Shown here one piece after another: positions 49,373 through 58,416 of a DNA stretch of 64,000 nt. The stretch spans positions 304,389 to 368,388 of the forward strand of contig CAVXQD010000002.1 in assembly GCA_963763885.1 (NCBI GenBank), in the 5' to 3' direction. The notes below the pieces were generated by a model. That model made no database searches and was not told the DNA's origin. It saw only the letters and a program-made list of their open reading frames with translations. The stretch's first letter is position 1, and every line of letters starts with the position of its first letter. The stretch is from an uncultured Acidimicrobiales bacterium (GTDB lineage Bacteria; Actinomycetota; Acidimicrobiia; Acidimicrobiales; JANYDT01). The position numbers and the translations under genes were made by a program.

Positions 49373-50331
49373 TTTGCCCCACCGGGCCTACCCGTACTTA
49401 ATGGCCCCGGAACCGGTCCAGCTGCGGAATACCCAGAGGGCAACGTGCGGCCAAGTTGCTCACCTAGCCACAACGTGGTGGCTCGGAGAGCAGCGAGGTC
49501 CAGGCCGGTGCTGACGCCAGAACGTTCCAGGGCAAACACCACATCTTCGGTTGCCACGTTGCCGGTGGCATTGGGCGCAAACGGGCAGCCGCCAATTCCA
49601 CCGATGGAGGCTTCCAGCATGCAGACGCCGGCAGTGACCGCTGCCCAGGCGTTAGCTACTCCGGTGTTGCGAGTGTCGTGAAAATGGCAGCCAAGTGGAA
49701 CGCCGGCCGCATCAGTAAGCGTGCGTACGGCACTGATTCGTTCGATGACCATCCCAGGCGCCGCCGCCCCGATGGTGTCCGCCAGCACCAAACGAACTGG
49801 CTTGCAGTCAGCGTCGGCGGCCGCCTGCAGGGCACGGTCGACAATCTCGATGAGGCGAGCGACAGGTATGTCTCCATCGAACGGGCATCCGAACGCTGCG
49901 CTGATGATGACCGATGCAGGCATCTCGTTGGCTACCGCAGCAGCAGCGATGCGACCCCACACCGCAACGGTTTCCAATGCGTCGACGCCTTGGTTGCGCA
50001 GCGAGAAGGAATCTGAGGTGACCGCGACGCAGTTCGCCTCGTGCACGCCTGCGGCCACCGCACGGTCGAGTCCCTTTTCGTTCAACACCAACCCGACGTA
50101 GGTGACGCCGTCGGGGCGAGGCAGCGCAGCCATGAGTTCGGCTGCATCAGCCATTGCGGGCACTCGTGCAGGGTTAACGAATGAAGTGACTTCAATTCGA
50201 CGCAACCCGCTGGCGATGAGACGTTGGACCAGCTCCACTTTGGTGGCCGTTGGCACGATCACCGGGTCGTTCTGCAAGCCGTCCCGAGGCCCAACGTCGA
50301 CGATTTCCACCGGTGGAGGCGTTGTGGTCAT
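49369..50331 (-). CDS. Hydroxymethylglutaryl-CoA lyase family protein
   Basis: PRDGLQN, LADTIG, HFHDT, GGCPFAP.ATGN.ATED. Confidence 0.93.
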   Translation of the reverse strand: MTTTPPPVEIVDVGPRDGLQNDPVIVPTATKVELVQRLIASGLRRIEVTSFVNPARVPAMADAAELMAALPRPDGVTYVGLVLNEKGLDRAVAAGVHEANCVAVTSDSFSLRNQGVDALETVAVWGRIAAAAVANEMPASVIISAAFGCPFDGDIPVARLIEIVDRALQAAADADCKPVRLVLADTIGAAAPGMVIERISAVRTLTDAAGVPLGCHFHDTRNTGVANAWAAVTAGVCMLEASIGGIGGCPFAPNATGNVATEDVVFALERSGVSTGLDLAALRATTLWLGEQLGRTLPSGYSAAGPVPGPLSTGRPGGAK

Positions 50332-50370
50332 ATGGCAAAGCTAGCGAGTGCCGTGGATCTCTTTCGCTGC

Positions 50371-50436
50371 GGCAATCCACCTCGCAGCGCAACTCGGAGG
50401 TGGATCACCCCCTGCATTGGGGGCAACCTCTCTCGC
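50371..50436 (-). repeat. 66-bp double-hairpin REP-like element, copy C
   Basis: Reverse complement matches 5597-5662 at 60/66 positions. Confidence 0.9.
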
Positions 50437-50443
50437 GAGCGCC

Positions 50444-50941
50444 TTACCGGCGGTAGGAGCTGTAGATCGCTGGCTCTTGGGCTAGGCGTTCGCGGAGTCC
50501 GCTGATGATGGCGCGTTCCACCTGACCGTTGACGAACGGGATGGGCGAGGAGACCTTGAGGTCACCGGAAATGAGCCTGGTGGTGGAAACACCATCTGCG
50601 TGTTCTTGCAGTTCCCATGCACCGCCGCACCGAAAATAGTTCTGGTAGTGGACCGGGATCATCTTGAACGTGGCCGTATGGGCTTTGGTGTCGATCTCGG
50701 TGAACTCGTCCCAGCTGAGCTTCTCGGGGTCGATGACTTTCAACGCGAGCGATGGCAGCTTGCCGGTGAACGTGGTGCGGACCTGTTGACTGACGGTTCC
50801 CTTGACCCGTTTCTGACCGACCAGTTCCGGGGTGCCCAGGTCAGCCAGCTTGCCCATGTGGCGTAGGTAGTCCGCGTTGGTCAGCGCGTTGCAGAGTTCG
50901 GCCGCCGGCCCCTCGAACACCTGATGGATGGTGAACTTCAC
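50444..50941 (-). CDS. DUF2505-like (SRPBCC-type) protein
   Basis: Size and pattern G.L.V..PIPFV.G..E..I. Confidence 0.7.
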   Translation of the reverse strand: MKFTIHQVFEGPAAELCNALTNADYLRHMGKLADLGTPELVGQKRVKGTVSQQVRTTFTGKLPSLALKVIDPEKLSWDEFTEIDTKAHTATFKMIPVHYQNYFRCGGAWELQEHADGVSTTRLISGDLKVSSPIPFVNGQVERAIISGLRERLAQEPAIYSSYRR

Positions 50942-50993
50942 TCTCGTTGCCCCCAACGGTGCCCCGCGGTGGCCGAGGCGACGCGAAGACGGA

Positions 50994-53363
50994 CTAGGCC
51001 GGCCGCCGTTTTGCGGCGGAGCCGACAGGTAACGCCGTAGCTTCGCGCACCACGCCGAGCAATGCTGGCCCGTAGCGGGCAACTTTCACAGGCCCTACTC
51101 CGGGAACCGCCAACAATCCGTCGTTGGTGACCGGACGAGCTTCGGCGATGGCGGCGAGGGAGGTGTCGTGGAGGATTGCGAACGCTGCAATGCCTGACAT
51201 GCGTGACTCTGCGGTGCGCCATGCCTTGAGACGCTGGTACAAAACGGGGTCTGCGTTGGAGCCCAGGTCGATGGCGGCCTTCTTGGTGCCTGCGACACCG
51301 GGGAGGCCGGCGGCGCGTGCTGCTGCAACCCGTTCCTTCATTTCCCGGAGAATTGTCTGCCAGTCTGCAGTGTTGCCCGGTGCCATGGAACGGATGGCGG
51401 CTTCCACGTTTTCCAGCCAGTACGAAGGGGAGCGGCCGGTGGTGCGAGAGCCGAATGTCCGTGACTTGGCCCACGAGCAGGCGAGCACGGACTCTGCGCG
51501 GGTGACTGCGACGTAGAGCAGTCGCTGTTCCTCTGCGCGGGCCTGCGGAGTGTCTGCACTGCCCATGGGGACGTAGCCCCGCTCGAGGCCGGCAACGAAC
51601 ACCACCGGCCACTCCAGACCCTTGGCGCGGTGGAACGTGGACAGCTCGACCACGTCTGCTTGGCGTTGCGGCTCGTCGTTGGAAGAAGTGATTGCCCCGT
51701 GCAGCCACGTGAGGAACCCCGCGACGGTTCCTTGTGCTTCGATGCCGAGGTATTCGTGCGCCATGCGGATGACGCCCTCGATTTGGGCGATGCGATCGTC
51801 TGCCCCGTTTGCCCCGTCCGGCGAGGGCGAGTCTGGGCTGAGTGCATCGTCTCGCAGTTCGGCGACCAGTTCTTCAAGGTCGTTCAGACGTGATGCGAGC
51901 GGGATTCTTGCGGGGCCGTCATTGAGCATGGACAGCGTGCGCAGAACTTCTGGTTGCTGGAGAAAGGCCTGCCCGCCACGAACACGGTGGGGAATGCCAA
52001 CAGCGCGGAACGCCTCTTCGAACAACAGGAGCTGCGCGTTGGTGCGGGTGAGCACAGCCATGTGCTTCCAGGGCACACGAGCGTTGTGGTGGTCACGCGC
52101 TAACCGGGCGATGCTGCGCGCCTCTTCAATGTCGGACGGGTATGCGGTAACCGTGGGAACTGGGCCGTCGGTCTTGTTGGGCCGCAATGCTCGGCTTTGG
52201 CGGGATCCGAGGCCAAGCACCGCATCGGCCACGGTGAGGACCTGCGGCGAGGACCGATAGTTGTCTTCGAGACGAACAAATCCACCGTTGGGGAACCGAC
52301 GACGGAATGCTCCGAGAAAACGCGGGTCTGCGCCGTTCCACCCGTAGATGGCCTGGTTGGGGTCTCCGACAACACAGAGGTCGACCGTGTCTGGCACAGC
52401 CCACCGTGCGACGGGAGCCATGACGGCACGGTCAGCGTCGAGGTCATTGTTGTAGGGGTCGTAATCGTTATAGGTGTCGTACCCGTCGTCGTCACCGAAA
52501 TCGCCAGAACGATCGACGAAGGAAGTGTCGAACGAAAGCGGTTTGGCACTTTCTGCGTCGGATACTGGCGTTCGGGACGAGGGCGACGAAACGCCATCGA
52601 GATCGTCGAGGTCTACGGGGTGGTCCAGCAGGCCCAACCAACCGTCCAGGAGACGTGCCTGTGCCGGGTTGACATCTTGAAACTCGTCCACGAACAGGTG
52701 GCGGAAACGCCAACGCTGGCGGGCGGCGAACTCTCGGTCTGCCTCCATGGCCTGCACCGTGAGCACCAGGAGATCGTCGAAGTCCACCAGGCCACGGCGG
52801 CGCTTGTCTGCTTCGTACCGGGCAAACAGCTCTGCCATGGCTTCGGCGCCGAGGGGCGGTTTGCGGCCGGCGCAATTGACCGCGGCGACGTAGTTCTGCG
52901 GCGTGATGAGCCGGGCCTTGGCCCATTCGATCTCGGAAGCCAGGTCACCGGGTTGGGCTGACGCACCTGGGCCGGAAAGGAGCTTCTGGGAAACCAGTGG
53001 CATGAGGATGCGGAGCTTGGACTGAGTGAGTGTTGGGGCCGTGATGCCGTGCTCTGCCCAGTACTGGCGGAGTTGGTTGAACGCAACCGAGTGAAACGTG
53101 CCTGTGGCGACCCGGTCCCGGACGCCAAGTGCCGAAAGCCGCTTGGTGAGTTCGCCAGCTGCTTTGCGGGTGAACGTGATAGCGAGCGTGTGCTGCGGCT
53201 CTGCTGTGCCCTGCGCGATGCGGTAGGCGATGCGGCGGGTAAGCACCCGTGTCTTGCCTGATCCGGCACCCGCCAGGATGCACAAGGGCGCGTGGGTGGC
53301 AACCACTGCACGCTCTTGCGCCTGGTTGAGCCCCTCGAGGAGGGGCCGGGTGTCCGATGCCAT
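50994..53363 (-). CDS. uvrD2: UvrD2-type ATP-dependent DNA helicase with HRDC domain
   Basis: AGAGSGKT, DEFQD, GDPNQAIY, NYRS, HRAKGLEW, RLLYVAVTRA, C-terminal HRDC. Confidence 0.92.
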   Translation of the reverse strand: MASDTRPLLEGLNQAQERAVVATHAPLCILAGAGSGKTRVLTRRIAYRIAQGTAEPQHTLAITFTRKAAGELTKRLSALGVRDRVATGTFHSVAFNQLRQYWAEHGITAPTLTQSKLRILMPLVSQKLLSGPGASAQPGDLASEIEWAKARLITPQNYVAAVNCAGRKPPLGAEAMAELFARYEADKRRRGLVDFDDLLVLTVQAMEADREFAARQRWRFRHLFVDEFQDVNPAQARLLDGWLGLLDHPVDLDDLDGVSSPSSRTPVSDAESAKPLSFDTSFVDRSGDFGDDDGYDTYNDYDPYNNDLDADRAVMAPVARWAVPDTVDLCVVGDPNQAIYGWNGADPRFLGAFRRRFPNGGFVRLEDNYRSSPQVLTVADAVLGLGSRQSRALRPNKTDGPVPTVTAYPSDIEEARSIARLARDHHNARVPWKHMAVLTRTNAQLLLFEEAFRAVGIPHRVRGGQAFLQQPEVLRTLSMLNDGPARIPLASRLNDLEELVAELRDDALSPDSPSPDGANGADDRIAQIEGVIRMAHEYLGIEAQGTVAGFLTWLHGAITSSNDEPQRQADVVELSTFHRAKGLEWPVVFVAGLERGYVPMGSADTPQARAEEQRLLYVAVTRAESVLACSWAKSRTFGSRTTGRSPSYWLENVEAAIRSMAPGNTADWQTILREMKERVAAARAAGLPGVAGTKKAAIDLGSNADPVLYQRLKAWRTAESRMSGIAAFAILHDTSLAAIAEARPVTNDGLLAVPGVGPVKVARYGPALLGVVREATALPVGSAAKRRPA

Positions 53364-53457
53364 GCACACACCCTACGGGAGGGGGTATGACAGAACGACA
53401 CGCGTGTGATTCAGAAATCCAGAACTTCTGGCTCCTGCAAGCTGGACTCCCTTTCCC

Positions 53458-53501
53458 ACGTTACGTACGTACGGTGTGCCGGGAATCGTACGTGTTATCC
53501 T
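53458..53501 (+). promoter_or_regulatory. TA operon promoter/operator
   Basis: Palindromic tacgtacgta, a second cgtacg, and TATCCT -10 box 7 nt before the ATG. Confidence 0.55.
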
Positions 53502-53508
53502 TCCAGCC

Positions 53509-53733
53509 ATGTTGCTCACTGCTTCGAAACTTCGGGAGAACATCTATCGACTGCTTGACCATGCCCTCGAGACCGGTGAAGTCATCGAGATCGAGCGCAA
53601 CGGACGACGGTTGCGAATCGTTCCCGACGTGCCTCGAAACCGTCTCGACCATCTGGTGCTTCGCTCAGAATCGGTTGTGGGCGACTCTGAAGACTTTGTG
53701 CACGTCGACTGGTCTGGTGAATGGAAGCCGTAG
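53509..53733 (+). CDS. Phd/YefM-type antitoxin
   Basis: TASKLRENIYRLLD...TGE.IEIERNG; overlaps the PIN toxin gene. Confidence 0.88.
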   Translation: MLLTASKLRENIYRLLDHALETGEVIEIERNGRRLRIVPDVPRNRLDHLVLRSESVVGDSEDFVHVDWSGEWKP

Positions 53734-54104
53734 TCCGCCTTGATACGCACATCGTGGTGTGGCTCTTCGCTGGCACCGCGGAACGGCTGAGCAAACCGGC
53801 GGCTGATGCAATCAACAACAACGACATCGTGATCTCGCCGATGGTCGAACTTGAACTGACATCCCTATACGAGATCGGTCGCCTCACGGTTTCGGGGCCA
53901 GCGATAGTTGCTGACCTCCGCGACCGAATCGGGCTGTCTCAATCTGAGGTTTCGATGGCAGCAGTTGTCGCGAACGCAGGAAAGCTGTCGTGGACCCGCG
54001 ATCCGTTCGACCGGGTCATCGTTGCCGACGCCATTGCAGCCAACACCCGACTTGTCACCAAGGACCAGCTCATCCGGGACAACTCGCCGCTTGCCATCTG
54101 GTGA
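53721..54104 (+). CDS. vapC: VapC PIN-domain toxin
   Basis: LDTH, E, DPFDR, LVTKD. Confidence 0.92.
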   Translation: MEAVVRLDTHIVVWLFAGTAERLSKPAADAINNNDIVISPMVELELTSLYEIGRLTVSGPAIVADLRDRIGLSQSEVSMAAVVANAGKLSWTRDPFDRVIVADAIAANTRLVTKDQLIRDNSPLAIW

Positions 54105-54156
54105 TCGCTGTCAACCGGCTCGTCGCGTCTGGTGAGGGGCCCGTTAGGCTCCAGCC

Positions 54157-54789
54157 ATGGCTGCACAACCTCGGTTCCTGCATGACGGTGAAGAACTTGT
54201 CCTCGTCAGGCGTCCACACATCAAGGCACTCTTCGGCGTCGCCGCGCTGGTGGCCGTCTGCTTGGCAGCAGCGGTTGCCGCTGCGCAACTGCTCAATCCG
54301 GGAAAAGGGAACCAGAACGGCTGGATCACGTGGGCAGCGTTCATCATCCCGGCCCTCGCCATCCTGAACGCTGTGCGCAAGTGGTTGGTGTGGCGGTCCA
54401 ACTCCTTGGTGCTCACCTCACAACGGCTCATCAGCCGTAAGGGTTTCATTGCCAAGAACTCCATGGAGATCCCCCTTGACCGCATCAACAACATCTCCTG
54501 CGCGCAGAGTGTTGGCGAGCGGATGACCGGTAGCGGCGACCTTGTTGTGGAATCCGGTGGAGAAGACGGCCGGGCAGTGTTCTCGGACATGAGCCGTCCT
54601 GCCGAGATACAACGCGAGGTCTACCGGCAGATCGAGCGCAACCAGGCACGAGACATGGACCGTATGGCCGGCACTCGTCCGCTCAGCGTCCCCGAGCAGA
54701 TTGAGAAGCTGGACGATCTGCGTCAACGCGGTGTGGTCAGCCAAGCTGAGTTCGACGCAAAGAAACAGCAACTCCTCGACCAGATGTGA
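54157..54789 (+). CDS. Membrane protein with bacterial PH domain and SHOCT
   Basis: Two TMs, LTSQRLI..KG, EIPLDRI, C-terminal L.DL...G.VS.AEF...K..LL. Confidence 0.88.
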   Translation: MAAQPRFLHDGEELVLVRRPHIKALFGVAALVAVCLAAAVAAAQLLNPGKGNQNGWITWAAFIIPALAILNAVRKWLVWRSNSLVLTSQRLISRKGFIAKNSMEIPLDRINNISCAQSVGERMTGSGDLVVESGGEDGRAVFSDMSRPAEIQREVYRQIERNQARDMDRMAGTRPLSVPEQIEKLDDLRQRGVVSQAEFDAKKQQLLDQM

Positions 54790-55502
54790 TGACGCCACGT
54801 GTTGTCAGCTTGGTGCCGTCGGCTACCGAAACACTGATCGAATGGGGAGTCACACCGGTCGCAGTGAGCCGGTTCTGTGAACGACCAGAACTGCCACACG
54901 TCGGCGGAACCAAGAACCCTGATGTCGAAGCAGTCGCGGCCCTGAAGCCCGACCTCGTTGTTCTGTGTGACCAAGAGAATCGCATCGAAGACCACAGCGC
55001 TTTGGTCGACGCGGGGGTACCCGTGTTCGTGTTTTCCATCACGGCGCTTGTTCACGTTGCGCCAGAGCTTGTTCGGCTACGAAACACGCTCGGTTTGCCC
55101 GGGGCCGCTGAATACTCCGGACAAACGGACGCTGCGGAAGCTATTGACACCGACAATGCGCCAGCGAGGCTGGTTTCGGCGTGGGTTCCAATTTGGCGTC
55201 GACCGTGGATGACCATCAACGGCGACACCTACGCATCGACGCTCCTTGAAGCCGCTGGCATCACAAACGTCTGCGCACATATGGATGTTCGGTATCCCGA
55301 GATCGAACTCGATGCAGTGCGTGCCCTCGCACCGGACCTGGTTCTTGCGCCTACAGAGCCGTACCACTTCACCGAACGTCACGAAGAAGAGCTCAGCGCT
55401 GTTGCACCCGTTGTGTACGTGGACGGGAAAGACTTGTTCTGGTGGGGAGTGCGAACCCCGGCCGCCATCCAGCGGTTACGCCGAGAGATGCGCGCCCGCT
55501 GA
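54786..55502 (+). CDS. BtuF-like helical-backbone metal receptor
   Basis: RVVSLVPS.TE, GGTKNP, KPDLV. Confidence 0.85.
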   Translation: MMTPRVVSLVPSATETLIEWGVTPVAVSRFCERPELPHVGGTKNPDVEAVAALKPDLVVLCDQENRIEDHSALVDAGVPVFVFSITALVHVAPELVRLRNTLGLPGAAEYSGQTDAAEAIDTDNAPARLVSAWVPIWRRPWMTINGDTYASTLLEAAGITNVCAHMDVRYPEIELDAVRALAPDLVLAPTEPYHFTERHEEELSAVAPVVYVDGKDLFWWGVRTPAAIQRLRREMRAR

Positions 55503-56492
55503 GGGGCGAACCAACCAGCCTTCGTTCAGCGTGCCGCTATGTGCGAGTGCAACCACACAGCCGCCCCAACCGCCGCCGGTCATACGTGCAGCGATCACGC
55601 CTGGAATAGCCATCAACCGTTCGATGCAAGCGTCCACAACGGGTGTTGAATTCTCGAAGTCCTCGCGGAGGCTGCGTTGCCCGTCTGCCATCAGTGACGC
55701 CAAGCGATCATGCAGTGAAGTGCCTGTAAGCGTGCGCAGGGCCTCGACGAATTGCCGCACACGTTCATTCTCTGTCACAACGTGGCGCGCACGTCGCAGG
55801 GCGACTGGGTTTTCGATTGCGTTCAACTGCTCAACGGAGGTAATGAGCCGCAGCGGACCGACCACTGCCTCTGCCTCGCGAAGTTCCATCACTCGCTCCG
55901 TGTAGGCAGATGCAGCAAGCGTGCGGGCTTGGCCGGAGTGAACCACAACGACGTCAAGTTCGGGTGGAAGCGTAACTGGCAAAACCGTGAGATGGTGGCA
56001 ATCGATGAGGAGTGCGCCGCCCTCCACTCCTGCGGCTGAGGCGAGCTGATCCATGATGCCGGTAGGAACGCCAGTGGCCTCATTCTCTGCGCGCTGACAA
56101 AGTTGGGCTAGCTCCAACGGTGATCCGTCTGCGCCCAACGCAAGAGCAAGCGCAACTTCGAATGCCGCGGAGGAAGAGAGGCCTGCCCCAATCGGCACGG
56201 TCGTTGAAACTGCTCCAACGAATCCCTCAGCGGGTTGCAGGGCCTTCACCACACCGGCCACGTATCGAGCCCACATCGGCTCGCAAGCCGTGGGGTCCGT
56301 CACGTCGACCGGCACGATGGCTGGTTCGTCTTCGTCCGCTGAGGTGAGCCGAACCTCGTTGCCGCCACGAGTGCCCGTGATGGTGGTTGCGAGGTGGATG
56401 GCCATCGGAAGGACAAGCCCGCCGGTGTAGTCGGTGTGGTCGCCGATGATGTTGACGCGGCCAGGCGCAACAGCGGTGATGGTCTCAGGCAT
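55476..56492 (-). CDS. galK: Galactokinase
   Basis: APGRVNIIGDHTDY, PIGAGLSSSAA, GIMDQ, RMTGGGWGG. Confidence 0.93.
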   Translation of the reverse strand: MPETITAVAPGRVNIIGDHTDYTGGLVLPMAIHLATTITGTRGGNEVRLTSADEDEPAIVPVDVTDPTACEPMWARYVAGVVKALQPAEGFVGAVSTTVPIGAGLSSSAAFEVALALALGADGSPLELAQLCQRAENEATGVPTGIMDQLASAAGVEGGALLIDCHHLTVLPVTLPPELDVVVVHSGQARTLAASAYTERVMELREAEAVVGPLRLITSVEQLNAIENPVALRRARHVVTENERVRQFVEALRTLTGTSLHDRLASLMADGQRSLREDFENSTPVVDACIERLMAIPGVIAARMTGGGWGGCVVALAHSGTLNEGWLVRPSAGAHLSA

Positions 56493-56535
56493 AGTCGTCA
56501 AATGTAGGGCCGCACGGCAGACCGTGAGTGCGGTC

Positions 56536-56632
56536 CTTGACGGCCATCAAGATTTCCCCTTGACGGCCATGCACACGGCCATCCTGAAGGCCACTGCAGA
56601 CGGCCATCCTGAGGGCCACGGCAGACGGCCAC
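56536..56632. repeat. Degenerate GGCCA-core tandem repeat
   Basis: Seven GGCCA cores mostly 12-13 bp apart, including a duplicated 25-bp unit. Confidence 0.75.
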
Positions 56633-56640
56633 CGGTTTCG

Positions 56641-58284
56641 CTATTGCGACGCCAGTATCTCGCCAGAGCTGATCTGCGTGGTGTACTCGCTAGGCCCTGG
56701 TCCGACTGAAAATGGTCCTGCTGTGATGCGACGCTGGCCGGTGACGGCATCGTCAACCTGGACCCGCCCGTCCGCGGCTGGGCTGAGGTCCAGCAGGTAT
56801 GCGGCGAGCGCCTTGCCGAGGTCGTCGGTGAGCGGAACGCCAGTAAGCGCGGCGCAACCTCCACCAGCGAGCGTCATGTCGAGGATGCCACGACGTTCTT
56901 CAGGAAACTGTGCGCGCAGATCAATTGCGGCCGGGCCTGCACTCCACAACCGCCTATGCCCAAGCGCATGGTGGACCCAGGACGAGCGTCCGAGTTCGCC
57001 AGTGACAACACGGTCGACGATGCCTGCGGCCTGCCCGGGCGGGACGCCATCCGCGATGAGAATGGCGTCGTCACCAGCACCCTCGCGGATTGCACCCAAC
57101 GCGACCCGCAACGCTTCGGCGCGCGTCGCGATGGAACTCCCGAGGCGGTGGCCAGGAACTGCTCCGGACCAGACATCCTCCAAGTAAAAGACGTCCCAAC
57201 CTGCTGCTCGACGTGCGGCAAATGCAGCGGTGAGCGCTTCCAAGACGGACTCGTCGGTGAGGTCGGCAACCGGGTAGCCGTGGACGAACCGGACCTTGCC
57301 CGGCGCTTGCTCCACACTGTGCGCCACGAAAGATGAGTCGCTTTCGATTGCGAACGGGCGACACCGCAGACCCGGACGAAGACCGCGTTGACGAATGCGT
57401 GCGGCAAGCGGGTCAAGCACGGCCCGGGCAGTCGCGCTGCGGTAGGCGCTGGATGCGCCGCCACCGCCGCGAACCATGTCGTCGATGACCGGCGCGCCGG
57501 AACCCAGCACAACATGCGACAGCCCGAAGTCAGCTGCGGCGTCGACCGAGACAGCAAGCAGCCCAACGTCGCCGTGCACCTCTGGGCCGGTCCACCAGCC
57601 GATGCCAGTGCGAACAGCAGCCCGTCCGGCAGCGAGGCTTTCCAATGCCCACAGGTCGTGGAATTCTGCGAGGAGCGCGGATGGGTCTCCGGCTGCGACC
57701 CATAACGGGTCCAACGTGATCTGTTCGCCCGCATGCAGTTCGATGCCGTCGAGGAGTGCGATCGCAGCGGTGCCTACGCCGCTGGTCCGAGGAGCAGGGC
57801 CTTCGATGATGCCGAAGTGGACCGCTCCGTGGAGGAAGCCAAGCACGCCGGCGTCGTGGCCCATCACCTGATGTGCAGCGACGGACTGATTCGCCCGCGC
57901 AAGGTCTGCGTGGTCCTGCTGGCGGCGCTGCGCAGACGTTTCGTTGGCGGGTACTACATGATCCGGGGCGCACCGCCGGACTGTGGAGGAGGTGGTCCAG
58001 CCGGGAGCAAGTACCCGGTGCGGACGAAGTTCAGGGAACCGGATGCGAGCCTCGGCGAGGACCACTGTTTCGCGGCCCTGGTTGTGCAGGGTCCAATCGA
58101 TCCGGATACCAGAACCGCTCTCGGTCAGGGCGATCGAAACAAACAGCCCGCCGACGCGTCGCGTTCCAACAATGAGGGGTGCTTCTCCGGACGCGCCGCC
58201 AGCTTTGATCTCAATTGCTGCGGGGAGTGAGGCTGAATCGCCTGTGCGGTCGCCCTGAGCGGCGTCCGTTGACTGCCAAGACAT
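56641..58284 (-). CDS. GH36 alpha-galactosidase-like protein, catalytically degenerate
   Basis: GFL..., TGIGWW, I...G.RPG....PF, DLT...V, TRAEALR..L.AIRE.AG.DA, G.P...AAG.VD; sits upstream of galK. Confidence 0.6.
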   Translation of the reverse strand: MSWQSTDAAQGDRTGDSASLPAAIEIKAGGASGEAPLIVGTRRVGGLFVSIALTESGSGIRIDWTLHNQGRETVVLAEARIRFPELRPHRVLAPGWTTSSTVRRCAPDHVVPANETSAQRRQQDHADLARANQSVAAHQVMGHDAGVLGFLHGAVHFGIIEGPAPRTSGVGTAAIALLDGIELHAGEQITLDPLWVAAGDPSALLAEFHDLWALESLAAGRAAVRTGIGWWTGPEVHGDVGLLAVSVDAAADFGLSHVVLGSGAPVIDDMVRGGGGASSAYRSATARAVLDPLAARIRQRGLRPGLRCRPFAIESDSSFVAHSVEQAPGKVRFVHGYPVADLTDESVLEALTAAFAARRAAGWDVFYLEDVWSGAVPGHRLGSSIATRAEALRVALGAIREGAGDDAILIADGVPPGQAAGIVDRVVTGELGRSSWVHHALGHRRLWSAGPAAIDLRAQFPEERRGILDMTLAGGGCAALTGVPLTDDLGKALAAYLLDLSPAADGRVQVDDAVTGQRRITAGPFSVGPGPSEYTTQISSGEILASQ

Positions 58285-58319
58285 CCCCACAGCCTGGCAG
58301 CTTCTTGACCCATTTCATT

Positions 58320-58363
58320 GGATCTTCGCCGGATTCCCGCCGGATCTTCGACGGATCTTCGCC
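58320..58363. repeat. Four 11-bp direct repeats GGATCTTCGCC
   Basis: ggatcttcgcc ggattcccgcc ggatcttcgac ggatcttcgcc. Confidence 0.8.
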
Positions 58364-58416
58364 GATCTTGCGTCGCCGATTTGTCGGCGAGCACCATCGG
58401 CCAACAACATGGCGCC

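Noticed and set aside
52384-52631. Possible intein in UvrD2
   Set aside because: No N-terminal Cys/Ser block or terminal His-Asn; too short and low-complexity
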